Shown here: positions 10,419-19,595 of the stretch, in pieces
Layout: every line of letters begins with the position of its first letter
Numbering within the stretch: the stretch's first letter is position 1
From: Betaproteobacteria bacterium Ga0077527
GTDB taxonomy: Bacteria > Pseudomonadota > Gammaproteobacteria > Burkholderiales > SG8-41
Direction of reading: 5' to 3'
Length of the DNA stretch: 64,000 nt
Assembly (NCBI GenBank): GCA_001464815.1
Contig: LNDW01000007.1
Coordinates: forward strand, 79,746 to 143,745
Notes under the pieces: generated by a model
The model's input: only the letters and a program-made list of their open reading frames with translations
Databases searched by the model: none
What the model was told of the DNA's origin: nothing
Program-made: the position numbers and the translations under genes

Positions 10419-10454
10419 AGCATCGAAACGAATAAAGACTGAAAGGATACGGAC

Positions 10455-10751
10455 ATGCCAAGATTGGGCGGAAGTGGCGGCAAGGGTAAATTCGGCAAAG
10501 GCAAGGGCAAGGACGGCCGCAAAAAGGGCAATGCCCTGTTTCGCCGCCGCAAGTTCTGCCGTTTCACGGCCGAAGGCATCAAGCAGGTGGACTACAAGGA
10601 CATCAACCTGCTCAAGGATTTCATCAACGAGAACGGCCGCATCATCCCGGCCCGCATCACCGGCACCAAGGCGCGTTACCAGCGCCAGTTGACGATTGCA
10701 GTCAAGCGCGCGCGTTTCCTCGCGCTGCTGCCGTACACTGATCAGCACTGA
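10455..10751 (+). CDS. rpsR: 30S ribosomal protein S18 (with Gly/Lys-rich N-terminal extension)
   Basis: ..[57 protein letters not shown]. Confidence 0.9.
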   Translation: MPRLGGSGGKGKFGKGKGKDGRKKGNALFRRRKFCRFTAEGIKQVDYKDINLLKDFINENGRIIPARITGTKARYQRQLTIAVKRARFLALLPYTDQH

Positions 10752-10761
10752 GAGACCAGCC

Positions 10762-11214
10762 ATGCAAATCATTCTTCTTGAGAAAGTCATCAACCTCGGC
10801 ACCCTCGGTGACGTTGTGCGCGTCAAGGACGGCTATGCCCGCAACTTCCTGATCCCGCAGGGCAAGGCCAAGCGTGCCACCCAGGCCAACCTCGCCGATT
10901 TCGAAAAGCGCCGCGTCGAGCTGGAGAAGGCCCACGCCGAGCAACTGGCGCAGTCGCAGGAACGGGGCGCCAAGCTTGAAGGCCTGATGGTGCAGGTCAC
11001 GCAGAAGGCCGGCGTTGACGGCAAGCTGTTCGGCTCGGTCACCAACTCCGATATTTCGGAAGCGCTTAAAAAGCAGGGTTTCGACGTACCCAAGGCATCG
11101 ATTCGCATGCCGGAAGGCCCGTTGAAAACGGTGGGCGACTACCCGATCAAGGTTGCGTTGCACGCCGACGTGGTGGTCTCGATCACCGTGTCGGTGCTCG
11201 GCGAAGCCGCCTAG
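10762..11214 (+). CDS. rplI: 50S ribosomal protein L9
   Basis: [36 protein letters not shown]. The internal ATG at 10762 is the likely start; the ORF-track start at 10696 overlaps rpsR. Confidence 0.9.
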   Translation: MQIILLEKVINLGTLGDVVRVKDGYARNFLIPQGKAKRATQANLADFEKRRVELEKAHAEQLAQSQERGAKLEGLMVQVTQKAGVDGKLFGSVTNSDISEALKKQGFDVPKASIRMPEGPLKTVGDYPIKVALHADVVVSITVSVLGEAA

Positions 11215-11255
11215 GCCCGGGTTTAACGCACGTAATCAAGGCATTAGCGCGGGGC

Positions 11256-11284
11256 AAAAAAGGGCTGGCGACAGCCCTTTTTTG
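11256..11284 (+). terminator. intrinsic terminator after rplI
   Basis: aaaaaagggctg-gcga-cagccctttttt. Confidence 0.7.
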
Positions 11285-11361
11285 TTTGTTACAGTCGGGA
11301 TGATGCCGGCTTGGCGCCGGACATTTTTTATTTTAAAATCAATAACTTACAGGCAATCCCG

Positions 11362-12771
11362 ATGGTGCAGCTGGTTACCCCGCTTGCCAAGGACCCGCAG
11401 CTCGAAGCGGCGCGCACCCCACCACATTCCATCGAGGCCGAGCAGTCCGTGCTGGGCGGTCTGCTGCTCGACAACAGCGCCTGGGACCGCATCGGCGACG
11501 TGGTCGGCGAATCCGATTTCTATCGCGCCGATCACCGGCTGATTTTTCAGCACATCGCGCAACTGGTGGAGCAGAACCGTCCGGCCGACGCGCTGACGGT
11601 TGCCGAACAGCTCGACCGTGGCGGCAAGCTCAACGAAGCCGGCGGCCAGGCCTACATCGGCGCTCTGGCCCTGAACACACCCAGCGCGGCGAACATCCGC
11701 CGCTACGCCGAAATCGTCCGCGAGCGCTCGATCCTGCGCAACCTCGCCGCGGTCGGCACCGCGATTGCCGACTCCGCCTACACCCCCAGCGGCAAGGATC
11801 CGCAACTGCTGATCGACGAGGCCGAGGGCAGGGTGTTCCAGATCGCCGAGGCCGGCGCGAAGACGCGCCAGGGCTTCGTCAAGATCGATCCGCTGCTGAC
11901 CGAGACCGTCGAACGCATCGACATGCTCTACAGCCGCGAGAACAAGTCCGATGTCATCGGACTGCCGACCGGTTTTGTCGACCTCGACCGCATGACCTCC
12001 GGCCTGCATGGCGGTGAAATGGTGGTGATCGCGGGCCGCCCCTCGATGGGCAAGACCGCGCTGGCGATGAACATCGCTGAAAGCGCCGCGCTCGACAGCA
12101 AAAAGGCGGTGGCCGTGTTCAGCATGGAGATGTCCGGCCCCCAGCTCGCGATGCGGATGATCGGTTCGGTGGGCCGCGTCGACCAGCACCAGCTGCGCAC
12201 CGGCACCTTCAAGGAGGAAGACTGGCCGCGGCTGGTCGATGCCGTGGGCAAGCTCAACGATTCGCAGATTTTCATCGACGACACCGCCGGCCTCAACGTG
12301 CTTGAAGTGCGCTCCCGTGCGCGGCGGCTGCACCGCCAGTGCGGCGGACTGTCGCTGATCGTGGTCGATTACCTGCAGCTGATGTCCGGCACCTCCAGTG
12401 GTGGCCGCGAGGAAAACCGCGCCACCGAGATCGCCGAAATTTCACGTTCGCTGAAGGGCATCGCCAAGGAACTCAAGGTGCCGGTGATCGCGCTGTCGCA
12501 GTTGAATCGCAGCGTCGATTCAAGGCAGGACAAGCGGCCGATGATGTCCGATTTGCGTGAATCCGGTGCCATCGAACAGGACGCAGACGTGATCCTGTTC
12601 ATCTACCGCGACGAGGTCTACAACAACGATTCGCCGCGCAAGGGCATTGCCGAGATCATAATCGCCAAGCAGCGTAACGGCCCGGTGGGCAAGGTCGACC
12701 TCACCTTCCTTGGCCGTTTCACCCGCTTCGAGAGTTATGCCGGCGGCGGTATTGGGCCGGCAGAATACTGA
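11362..12771 (+). CDS. dnaB: replicative DNA helicase DnaB
   Basis: Walker A GRPSMGKT, and the motifs SMEMS, VVDYLQLM, SQLNR, IEQDADV. The ATG at 11362 is preferred to the TTG at 11311. Confidence 0.9.
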   Translation: MVQLVTPLAKDPQLEAARTPPHSIEAEQSVLGGLLLDNSAWDRIGDVVGESDFYRADHRLIFQHIAQLVEQNRPADALTVAEQLDRGGKLNEAGGQAYIGALALNTPSAANIRRYAEIVRERSILRNLAAVGTAIADSAYTPSGKDPQLLIDEAEGRVFQIAEAGAKTRQGFVKIDPLLTETVERIDMLYSRENKSDVIGLPTGFVDLDRMTSGLHGGEMVVIAGRPSMGKTALAMNIAESAALDSKKAVAVFSMEMSGPQLAMRMIGSVGRVDQHQLRTGTFKEEDWPRLVDAVGKLNDSQIFIDDTAGLNVLEVRSRARRLHRQCGGLSLIVVDYLQLMSGTSSGGREENRATEIAEISRSLKGIAKELKVPVIALSQLNRSVDSRQDKRPMMSDLRESGAIEQDADVILFIYRDEVYNNDSPRKGIAEIIIAKQRNGPVGKVDLTFLGRFTRFESYAGGGIGPAEY

Positions 12772-12818
12772 CGGTACGCGGATCTTCAGCCGTCATTTCC
12801 CCTGAAGCGGGGTGCGAA

Positions 12819-12845
12819 GTCCTCTGTGTCCTCTGTGTCCTCTGT
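12819..12845. repeat. perfect tandem 9-mer x3 (GTCCTCTGT)
   Basis: gtcctctgt gtcctctgt gtcctctgt, in the convergent dnaB/PIN-PhoH spacer. Confidence 0.9.
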
Positions 12846-12868
12846 GGCTCAAGCTTTTGGGGTTGGTG

Positions 12869-14305
12869 TCACAGCGATTCCGCCGCAAAATCCGCCAGCC
12901 GCGAACGCTCACCGCGCATCAGCGTGACATGGCCGCCATGCGGCCAGCCCTTCATCCGGTCCACCACGTAAGTCAGGCCCGAACTGCCCTCGGTCAGGTA
13001 CGGTGTGTCGATCTGCGAGATGTTGCCGAGGCACACCACCTTGGTGCCGGGTCCGGCACGGGTGATCAGGGTCTTCATCTGCTTCGGCGTCAGGTTCTGC
13101 GCCTCATCGATGATCAGGAACTTGTTGAGGAAGGTGCGGCCGCGCATGAAGTTCAGCGACTTCACCTTGATCCGCGAGCGGATCAGGTCGCGGGTCGCGG
13201 CGCGGCCCCATTCACCGGCCTCGTCGTCGGTGTGGTTCAGCACGTCGAGGTTGTCCTCCAGCGCGCCCATCCACGGATTCATCTTCTCCTCCTCGGTGCC
13301 GGGCAGGAAACCGATGTCCTCGCCCACCGGCACGGTGACGCGGGTGACAATGATCTCGGAGAAATTCTTTTCGTCCAGCGTCTGCGCGAGGCCTGCCGCC
13401 AGCGTCATCAGCGTCTTGCCGCTGCCGGCCTGGCCGAGCAGGGTGATGAAGTCGATGTCGGGGTTCATCAGCGCGTTCAGCGCGAAGTTCTGCTCGCGGT
13501 TGCGTGCGGTGATGCCCCACACCGCGTTCCTTTGATGGCTGTAGTCCTTCAGTGTCTGCAGTATCGCGGTCTTGCCGGTGACTTCACGAACCTGCGCCTG
13601 GAAGGGCTGGTCGCCCTCCAGAAACACGAACTGGTTGACCAGCAGGCTTGAACACAGCGGGCCGTGTACCCGGTAAAAAGTTTGGCCGGCCTGCTGCCAG
13701 GACTCCATGTTCTTGCCGTGGGTGTCCCAGAAATTGGCGGGCAGGGCGCAGATTCCGGTGTAGAGCAGGTCGGAATCCTCGAGCACCTTGTCGTTGAAGT
13801 AATCCTCGGCGGCGAGCCCCAGCGCGCGCGCCTTGATGCGCATGTTGATGTCCTTCGACACCAGGATGGCCTGGCGCTTGGGATGCAGCTCCTGCAGGTG
13901 CTTGACCACGCCGATGATCTGGTTGTCGGCCTTGCCGCTGGGCAGGCTGGACGGCAGGGTGCCGTTGATCGCTTCGGTCTGCAGGAACAGCTTGCCGGTG
14001 GCGGCTTTGTCGCCGTGCCTGGCCAGTTCGACGCCCTCGGTGATGTCGCCCTGCATCGTGGCGACGATTTCGTCGAGGTAGCGGCTGGCCTGGCGCGCGT
14101 TGCGCGAGACTTCCGACATGCCTTTCTTGTTCCCATCGAGTTCCTCGAGGGTGGCCATCGGGATGTAGATGTCGTGTTCCTCGAAGCGGAACAGCGAGGT
14201 GGGATCGTGCATCAGCACGTTGGTGTCCAGCACGAAGAGCTTGGTGCCGGCGGGCAGACGGGATACGAGCGTGGGGGTTGTGGCCGACTTGCTGCGCTGG
14301 ATCAT
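12869..14305 (-). CDS. PhoH-like ATPase with N-terminal PIN domain (PhoH2/YlaK type)
   Basis: 478 aa. N-terminal PIN-like region (FVLDTNVLMHDP...P..LEELD). C-terminal PhoH P-loop (GQAGSGKT) and the block IIDEAQNLTP...T.ITR.G.G.K. Confidence 0.85.
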   Translation of the reverse strand: MIQRSKSATTPTLVSRLPAGTKLFVLDTNVLMHDPTSLFRFEEHDIYIPMATLEELDGNKKGMSEVSRNARQASRYLDEIVATMQGDITEGVELARHGDKAATGKLFLQTEAINGTLPSSLPSGKADNQIIGVVKHLQELHPKRQAILVSKDINMRIKARALGLAAEDYFNDKVLEDSDLLYTGICALPANFWDTHGKNMESWQQAGQTFYRVHGPLCSSLLVNQFVFLEGDQPFQAQVREVTGKTAILQTLKDYSHQRNAVWGITARNREQNFALNALMNPDIDFITLLGQAGSGKTLMTLAAGLAQTLDEKNFSEIIVTRVTVPVGEDIGFLPGTEEEKMNPWMGALEDNLDVLNHTDDEAGEWGRAATRDLIRSRIKVKSLNFMRGRTFLNKFLIIDEAQNLTPKQMKTLITRAGPGTKVVCLGNISQIDTPYLTEGSSGLTYVVDRMKGWPHGGHVTLMRGERSRLADFAAESL

Positions 14306-14318
14306 GAGCCTCCCGTTG

Positions 14319-14344
14319 AATCAGGTGATTAAATCAGGTGATTA
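14319..14344. promoter_or_regulatory. tandem duplicated 13-mer AATCAGGTGATTA x2 (each an AATCA-NN-TGATT inverted repeat), candidate operator
   Basis: Perfect tandem copies at 14319..14331 and 14332..14344. They lie 14-39 nt upstream of the PIN-PhoH ATG, just before its GGGAGG RBS on the minus strand. Confidence 0.4.
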
Positions 14345-14367
14345 AAAAACCGGTGTGGCCGGGACGC

Positions 14368-14856
14368 TCAGCCGAGGGATTTTACGAATTCCAGCACCTC
14401 CTCGACATGCCCCGGAACCTTCAGGCCGCGCCACTCGCGGCGGATGATGCCCTTGCGGTCAATGACAAAGGTGCTGCGCTCGATACCGCGCACCTTCTTG
14501 CCGTACATGTTTTTCATCCTGATCACGTCATAGGCCTTGCAGGCCTCTTCGTCGACGTCGCTCAGCAGGTCGAAGGGGAAGCCCATCTTCGCCTTGAAAT
14601 TCTCGTGTGATTTAAGGCTGTCGCGCGACACGCCGAAGATCACCGCGCCGGCCTTCACAAACTGCGCGTGCAGGTCGCGGAAATTCTGGCCCTCGGTGGT
14701 GCAGCCTGGCGTGTTGTCCTTCGGGTAGAAGTAGAGCACCACGATCTTGCCGGGCAGTGCGCCCGGGCTGACCGACTTGCCGCCGGTCGCCGGAAGCTCG
14801 ATTTCCGGCGCGGTCTGGCCCGGCAGTTTTGAATCCGTGGTGTTGGTTTGAGGCAT
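14368..14856 (-). CDS. bcp: thiol peroxidase / peroxiredoxin Bcp
   Basis: 162 aa with the peroxidatic-Cys motif YFYPKDNTPGCTTE. Confidence 0.9.
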   Translation of the reverse strand: MPQTNTTDSKLPGQTAPEIELPATGGKSVSPGALPGKIVVLYFYPKDNTPGCTTEGQNFRDLHAQFVKAGAVIFGVSRDSLKSHENFKAKMGFPFDLLSDVDEEACKAYDVIRMKNMYGKKVRGIERSTFVIDRKGIIRREWRGLKVPGHVEEVLEFVKSLG

Positions 14857-15041
14857 GAGTCTGGACTTATCTTGGCTGAATTTTCCGGCGCTTGCAACAG
14901 GCTTGTCCGCCCAACAGCCTGCGCCTCAAAATTGTCATCAATCCGCAGTACCACCGCAAAATCCGCCGCCGATGCTGTGACGGCGGACAAAGCACGGCTC
15001 CATCCGGTGCCGGCGGGATGCCGGCGCTGCGGGGTGCGGTG

Positions 15042-16439
15042 ATGCAAATCGTCATCATGGGTTGTGGTTACGTCGGACTGGTCACTGGTGCCTGCCTGGC
15101 CGAAATGGGCAACCAGATCACCTGCGTCGATACCGATCCGGGAAAACTCGCGCAGCTGCGCATGGGCCTGGTGCCGTTTTTCGAGCCCGGGCTTGAAGCG
15201 CTGGTCCAGCGCAACGTGCAGCAACGGCGGCTGGTGTTCGCGGAGGATCCGCGCGCGGCATTACGCGAGGCGGAGATCGCCTTCATCGCCGTCGGCACAC
15301 CGCCGCTGGACAATGGCAGTGCCGATACCCGCCAGGTTTTTGCAGCGGCCGCGGACATCGCGCGTTACGCGCATCCCGGCTGCGTCATCGTCAACAAATC
15401 GACCGCGCCGGTGGGCACTGCCGAAGCGATCGCACGGTTGGCCGCGAGTGAAGCGGCGCGCCGCGCCGGGGACCCGCCCTTTGTGGTGGTGTCAAATCCG
15501 GAATTCCTGCGCGAAGGCGCCGCGGTGGAGGATTTCATGCGGCCGGATCGTGTCGTACTCGGTGTCGAGGATGCCCGGGCCGAGGCGGTGATGCGCGCGC
15601 TGTATGCGCCCTTCATCCGCAACCACGAGCGTTGCCTGGTGATGCGCCGGCGTGATGCCGAACTCGCCAAGTACGCGGCCAACGCGATGCTGGCGACACG
15701 TATTTCCTTCATGAACGAGATCGCGCGCCTGTGCAGTGCCGTCGGCGCCGACATCGAGCAGGTGCGGCGCGGCGTCGGTTCCGATGCGCGCATCGGTTAC
15801 TCCTACCTTTACGCCGGCTGCGGCTACGGCGGCTCGTGCTTTCCGAAGGATGTGCGCGCGCTGGCCGAAATGTCGCGCCGTGCCGGAATCGAGTCGGGCA
15901 TCCTGTCCGCGGTGCAGCGGGTCAACCAACTGCAGAAACGCTGGGCTTTTGATCTGCTCACGGCGCGTTTCGGGCGCAGCCTGCGCGGCCGGCGCATCGC
16001 CGTCTGGGGTCTTGCCTTCAAGCCCGAAACCGACGACCTGCGCGAGGCTCCGGCGCAGCTGCTGATCGGCGACATCCTCGATGCCGGTGGCGAAGTGTTC
16101 GCGCATGACCCGGTGGCGATGCCGCGGGCGCGCAGCGAATGGCCGGAAGCCTGGTTCGGGTCCGGCTGGCTGCAGCTTGCCGCCGATCCCTATGCCGCAG
16201 CCAAGGGCGCCGATGCGCTGGTGCTGGTCACCGAATGGAAACCCTACCGCTCACCGGATTTTTCCCGGCTCAAGGCCGGTTTGCGCAGCCCGCTGATCAT
16301 CGACGGCCGCAACCAGTACGATCCGCAGCAGATGCAGGCACTCGGCTTTGAGTATTGCGGCGTTGGGCGCGGTTTGCCGAAACCGCAACGGCTGCAGGGC
16401 AGCACACCGCGCCGGGCGGCGCTGCTCACTGCGTGCTGA
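15042..16439 (+). CDS. ugd: UDP-glucose 6-dehydrogenase
   Basis: MQIVIMGCGYVGLVTGACLAE (Rossmann fold), catalytic GGSCFPKD, and the C-terminal UDP-binding block. The ORF-track start at 14892 is an unsupported N-terminal extension. Confidence 0.85.
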   Translation: MQIVIMGCGYVGLVTGACLAEMGNQITCVDTDPGKLAQLRMGLVPFFEPGLEALVQRNVQQRRLVFAEDPRAALREAEIAFIAVGTPPLDNGSADTRQVFAAAADIARYAHPGCVIVNKSTAPVGTAEAIARLAASEAARRAGDPPFVVVSNPEFLREGAAVEDFMRPDRVVLGVEDARAEAVMRALYAPFIRNHERCLVMRRRDAELAKYAANAMLATRISFMNEIARLCSAVGADIEQVRRGVGSDARIGYSYLYAGCGYGGSCFPKDVRALAEMSRRAGIESGILSAVQRVNQLQKRWAFDLLTARFGRSLRGRRIAVWGLAFKPETDDLREAPAQLLIGDILDAGGEVFAHDPVAMPRARSEWPEAWFGSGWLQLAADPYAAAKGADALVLVTEWKPYRSPDFSRLKAGLRSPLIIDGRNQYDPQQMQALGFEYCGVGRGLPKPQRLQGSTPRRAALLTAC

Positions 16440-17507
16440 TCATTCGTGGCGAATGATCGCCTTCGCCAGTGTGTTCACCGCGGGCTCGTCACAGCCGGCC
16501 AGGTTGAAGCGGGGTGCTTCAACAAGCCGCGGGTAGTGGCTGTCGATGGCACGGGTGTAGGCAGGGTCGTAGTGGCGGACGAGCAGTGCTTCGGTCAGTT
16601 CGCGCCAGCGGCCTTCGCGCGCCTGCGCCTGCCAGTCATTGATGGTCTCGCCGCCGTGCAGCGGGCGCAGGCAGTCGAGCTGGGCGTTCAGCGCTGCGGC
16701 ATCACTGACGAAATGGGTGTATTCGTCAATCAGCAGATCCACCCGCACCGGGATCGCGGCCTCGATCACCACGCAGCGGCTTTGCCACATCGCGGCGATC
16801 AGTTCGGGCGGCACCCGCAGCTGTCCGACCTTCTTGCTTTCGGATTCGACAAACACCGGCCGCTGCGATGACAGCGTCTTCAGCGCATGCCAGACCCGGC
16901 TTTCGAAGAGTTTCTGCGAGGGTTGCGGTTCATCGGGCAGGTTGCCGAGCACCGAGCCGCGGTGTGCGGCGAGCGCTTCGAGGTCGAGCACCTGTGCACC
17001 CTGGGCGGCCATCGCGCGCAGCACGCGGCTCTTGCCGGTGCCGGTCATGCCGCAGAGTACCCGCCAGTCAAAACGCGCGGGCAGGGTTTCCAGTTCGCTG
17101 ATCACTGTCTTGCGGTAGGTCTTGTAGCCGCCGCTGATGCGGCCGACCTGCCAGCCGATCTCCGCCAGCACATGCGCCATCGCACCGCTGCGCCCGCCGC
17201 CGCGCCAGCAATACACCAGCGGCTTCCAGTCGCGCGGTTTGCCGATGAACTGTTCACGCAGATGGCGGCCGATGTTGGCGGAAACCAGTGCGGCACCGAT
17301 CTTTTTTGCGTCGAACGGTGACACCTGCTTGTAGATGGTGCCGACTTCCGCCCGTTCCTCGTTGTTCAGTACCGGGCAGCTGATCGCGCCGGGAACATGG
17401 TCTTCGGCGTACTCGTCTTCCGAGCGTACGTCGATGATGGTATCGAAGCCGGCGAGTGCTTCGCTTGGGGCGACATCGGAAATGCGTGAGGGGCGCTGAT
17501 TGCTCAT
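16440..17507 (-). CDS. selU: tRNA 2-selenouridine synthase (rhodanese + P-loop)
   Basis: Rhodanese active-site CWRGGGRS, P-loop GMTGTGKS. The internal Met (MSNQRPS..) at 17507 avoids overlapping mnmC. Confidence 0.8.
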   Translation of the reverse strand: MSNQRPSRISDVAPSEALAGFDTIIDVRSEDEYAEDHVPGAISCPVLNNEERAEVGTIYKQVSPFDAKKIGAALVSANIGRHLREQFIGKPRDWKPLVYCWRGGGRSGAMAHVLAEIGWQVGRISGGYKTYRKTVISELETLPARFDWRVLCGMTGTGKSRVLRAMAAQGAQVLDLEALAAHRGSVLGNLPDEPQPSQKLFESRVWHALKTLSSQRPVFVESESKKVGQLRVPPELIAAMWQSRCVVIEAAIPVRVDLLIDEYTHFVSDAAALNAQLDCLRPLHGGETINDWQAQAREGRWRELTEALLVRHYDPAYTRAIDSHYPRLVEAPRFNLAGCDEPAVNTLAKAIIRHE

Positions 17508-17535
17508 TGGGGGAGTGGCTGGTGGGCGGCGGATT

Positions 17536-19473
17536 TTAACCCGGCGCGTCCACCTTGCCGCGGCGTAATGCCTGCAGCAACTGCCGCGCCGGATCGAGGG
17601 CTGCGGCGAGTTCACGCTCCAGCGGCGGCGGTTCGCCGTTGGCCATGCAGGCGATCAGTTCCGCGGCGGGCACCGACCAGGCCAGGCCGCGCGAGCCGTA
17701 GCCGAAGGCACCATAAAGCTGCGGCTGGCGCGGCAGGTCCTGCAACTGTGCGCCGCGCAGTTCCTCGGCGCGGGCGATCGCGGCAGCGGTGTCGGGCATT
17801 GCACCGGCCAGCGGCAGGTGGTCGGGCGTGGAAACGCGGCTGCCGGTCACCGCATGCAGGTCGTCCTGCGGCAAGGCATGGCCGGTGACACGCTGCCAAC
17901 GTTGCAGGTTGTCGCGATGCGCTTCTGCAATCGAAGCCGCTGCTCCGCTGGCGTAATGACCGCCAAGCAGCAGGCGGCCATCGTCCAGCGTAAAGGCGTT
18001 GACCGCACCGGTCAGCGGCACTGCAGGCCGCCACGTACCCGGTGCTGACAGCAAAGTCTGCTGGCCGTGATTCATGCGCAGCGTGAATTCCGCGGGCGCC
18101 AGCCGCGCGGCGTCGGCGGCGTTCGCCAGCACCAGCGCTGCGGCACTGGCGATGACCTGTCCGGTGGTGTCAAGCGCCTGCCATTGTCCTGCGCTGCGCC
18201 TGATGCCGGCCACATGTTGCCCGCGGATCAGCCGGGTGCCGGCGTATTCCAGTTGCGCGGCGATCAGCGCGCGTGGTTCTACCCAGCCGCCAACGGCAAA
18301 CCACCAGCCGCCGTGGCGCAGGGGCAGGCCGCAGCGCGTGGATAATGTCGCGGCATCGAGGCTGCAGGCGTACTGCGGCGGCAGCGCAAGGCGTGCCACG
18401 GTTTCGGCCATGTTTGCGGCTTCGGCCTCATCCTCTGCAACCACGGCGAGACCGGTGCAATGTGCCTCGGGGTCATGCCCGGCATCAGTGAGCATCCGCC
18501 ATGCCGCCGCGGTGTGCAGAAAACCGCTGCGCAGCAGGCGCGACAGCAGCGCATCGTCCGGTGACAGGTGCGGGTGCAGGGTCGCGGCGCGGATTGCTGA
18601 AGCGCCGCCGGGCAGTGTGTCCGCGGCATCGATCAGCGTGCTTGTCCAGCCGCGCCGTGCAAACTGCTGGGCCACCGCCGCGCCGGCAATGCCGCCGCCG
18701 ATGATCAGCACTTCGCGTGCTGCGGGGGCCGTGGTGGCAGGATCGGCGGCCATCGTTCGCCACGCCGGTGGCCGGTACACCGCCTGCAGCCGGTGTTTTT
18801 TGCGGCCGAATCCCGGCTGGCGCTCCACCGCGAAGCCGGCACGGGTCAGACCTTCGCGCACCGCGCCGGCGGCGCTCCAGGTGGCGAGGGTGGCGCCAGC
18901 GGCGGCGAGGCGCGCGCATTCGCCGAATACGTTTTCACTCCACATCGCCGGATTACGCGCCGGCGAGAAGCCATCGAGATAAAAGGCGTCGAAGGGCCCG
19001 TCGAGTTTCGGCAGCAGGCTTTCGATGTCGCCGAAACACAGCGTCAGCAGCACCCGGTCCTCGGCCAGCCACAGCCGGTGCAGACCGGGGAGGGGCAGCG
19101 GCCATTGTGCGATCAGTTCGCGGCTCAGTGACGCAAGTTCAGGGTGATGGCCGTGGCTGCGCGCAAGGTCTTCCGCGCTCGCCGGATGTTTTTCGATGGA
19201 AAACAGATGCAGCCGCTCGCCGTGTGCCGGATCGGCGAGCCAGGCGGAGGCCGTGGCGAGTGTGTTGATGCCGAGGCCGAAACCGGTTTCGAGCACACGG
19301 AAAATGCGCCGGTCCGCCCAGCGCTGCGGCAGGCCGCAGCCGGTGATGAACACCGCCCTGGCCTGGGCCAGTGCGCCGTCGGCGCTGTGATAGACGTCGC
19401 CATAGTCCGCTGCGTACGGCGTGCCGTCTTCCAGCAGCGTGATGTGTGCGGCGGTGATGGTCGGGTTGTTCAC
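17536..19473 (-). CDS. mnmC: bifunctional tRNA (mnm5s2U34) methyltransferase / FAD-dependent cmnm5s2U34 oxidoreductase
   Basis: 645 aa. N-terminal SAM-methyltransferase part (..ETGFGLGINTL.., FYLDGFSPA.NP.MW). C-terminal DAO-type FAD domain (IIGGGIAGAA). GTG start. Confidence 0.85.
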   Translation of the reverse strand: MNNPTITAAHITLLEDGTPYAADYGDVYHSADGALAQARAVFITGCGLPQRWADRRIFRVLETGFGLGINTLATASAWLADPAHGERLHLFSIEKHPASAEDLARSHGHHPELASLSRELIAQWPLPLPGLHRLWLAEDRVLLTLCFGDIESLLPKLDGPFDAFYLDGFSPARNPAMWSENVFGECARLAAAGATLATWSAAGAVREGLTRAGFAVERQPGFGRKKHRLQAVYRPPAWRTMAADPATTAPAAREVLIIGGGIAGAAVAQQFARRGWTSTLIDAADTLPGGASAIRAATLHPHLSPDDALLSRLLRSGFLHTAAAWRMLTDAGHDPEAHCTGLAVVAEDEAEAANMAETVARLALPPQYACSLDAATLSTRCGLPLRHGGWWFAVGGWVEPRALIAAQLEYAGTRLIRGQHVAGIRRSAGQWQALDTTGQVIASAAALVLANAADAARLAPAEFTLRMNHGQQTLLSAPGTWRPAVPLTGAVNAFTLDDGRLLLGGHYASGAAASIAEAHRDNLQRWQRVTGHALPQDDLHAVTGSRVSTPDHLPLAGAMPDTAAAIARAEELRGAQLQDLPRQPQLYGAFGYGSRGLAWSVPAAELIACMANGEPPPLERELAAALDPARQLLQALRRGKVDAPG

Positions 19474-19595
19474 GATGGGGGGCTGCGGTGCCTCGTCAAG
19501 CCGGGGTGGTTATGTTACGTTTGCCACCGCCTGAAGAATCGTTTTTCAGGCGTTTCATTCGAAAAACGAGCATTCGAAAAAATCAGGTCACCACG

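Noticed and set aside
16437-16442. ugd and selU stop codons abut with zero intergenic nucleotides (convergent)
   Set aside because: This is probably a consequence of a non-conserved C-terminal tail on ugd. I see no structure or signal there, so it is noted only as a curiosity.
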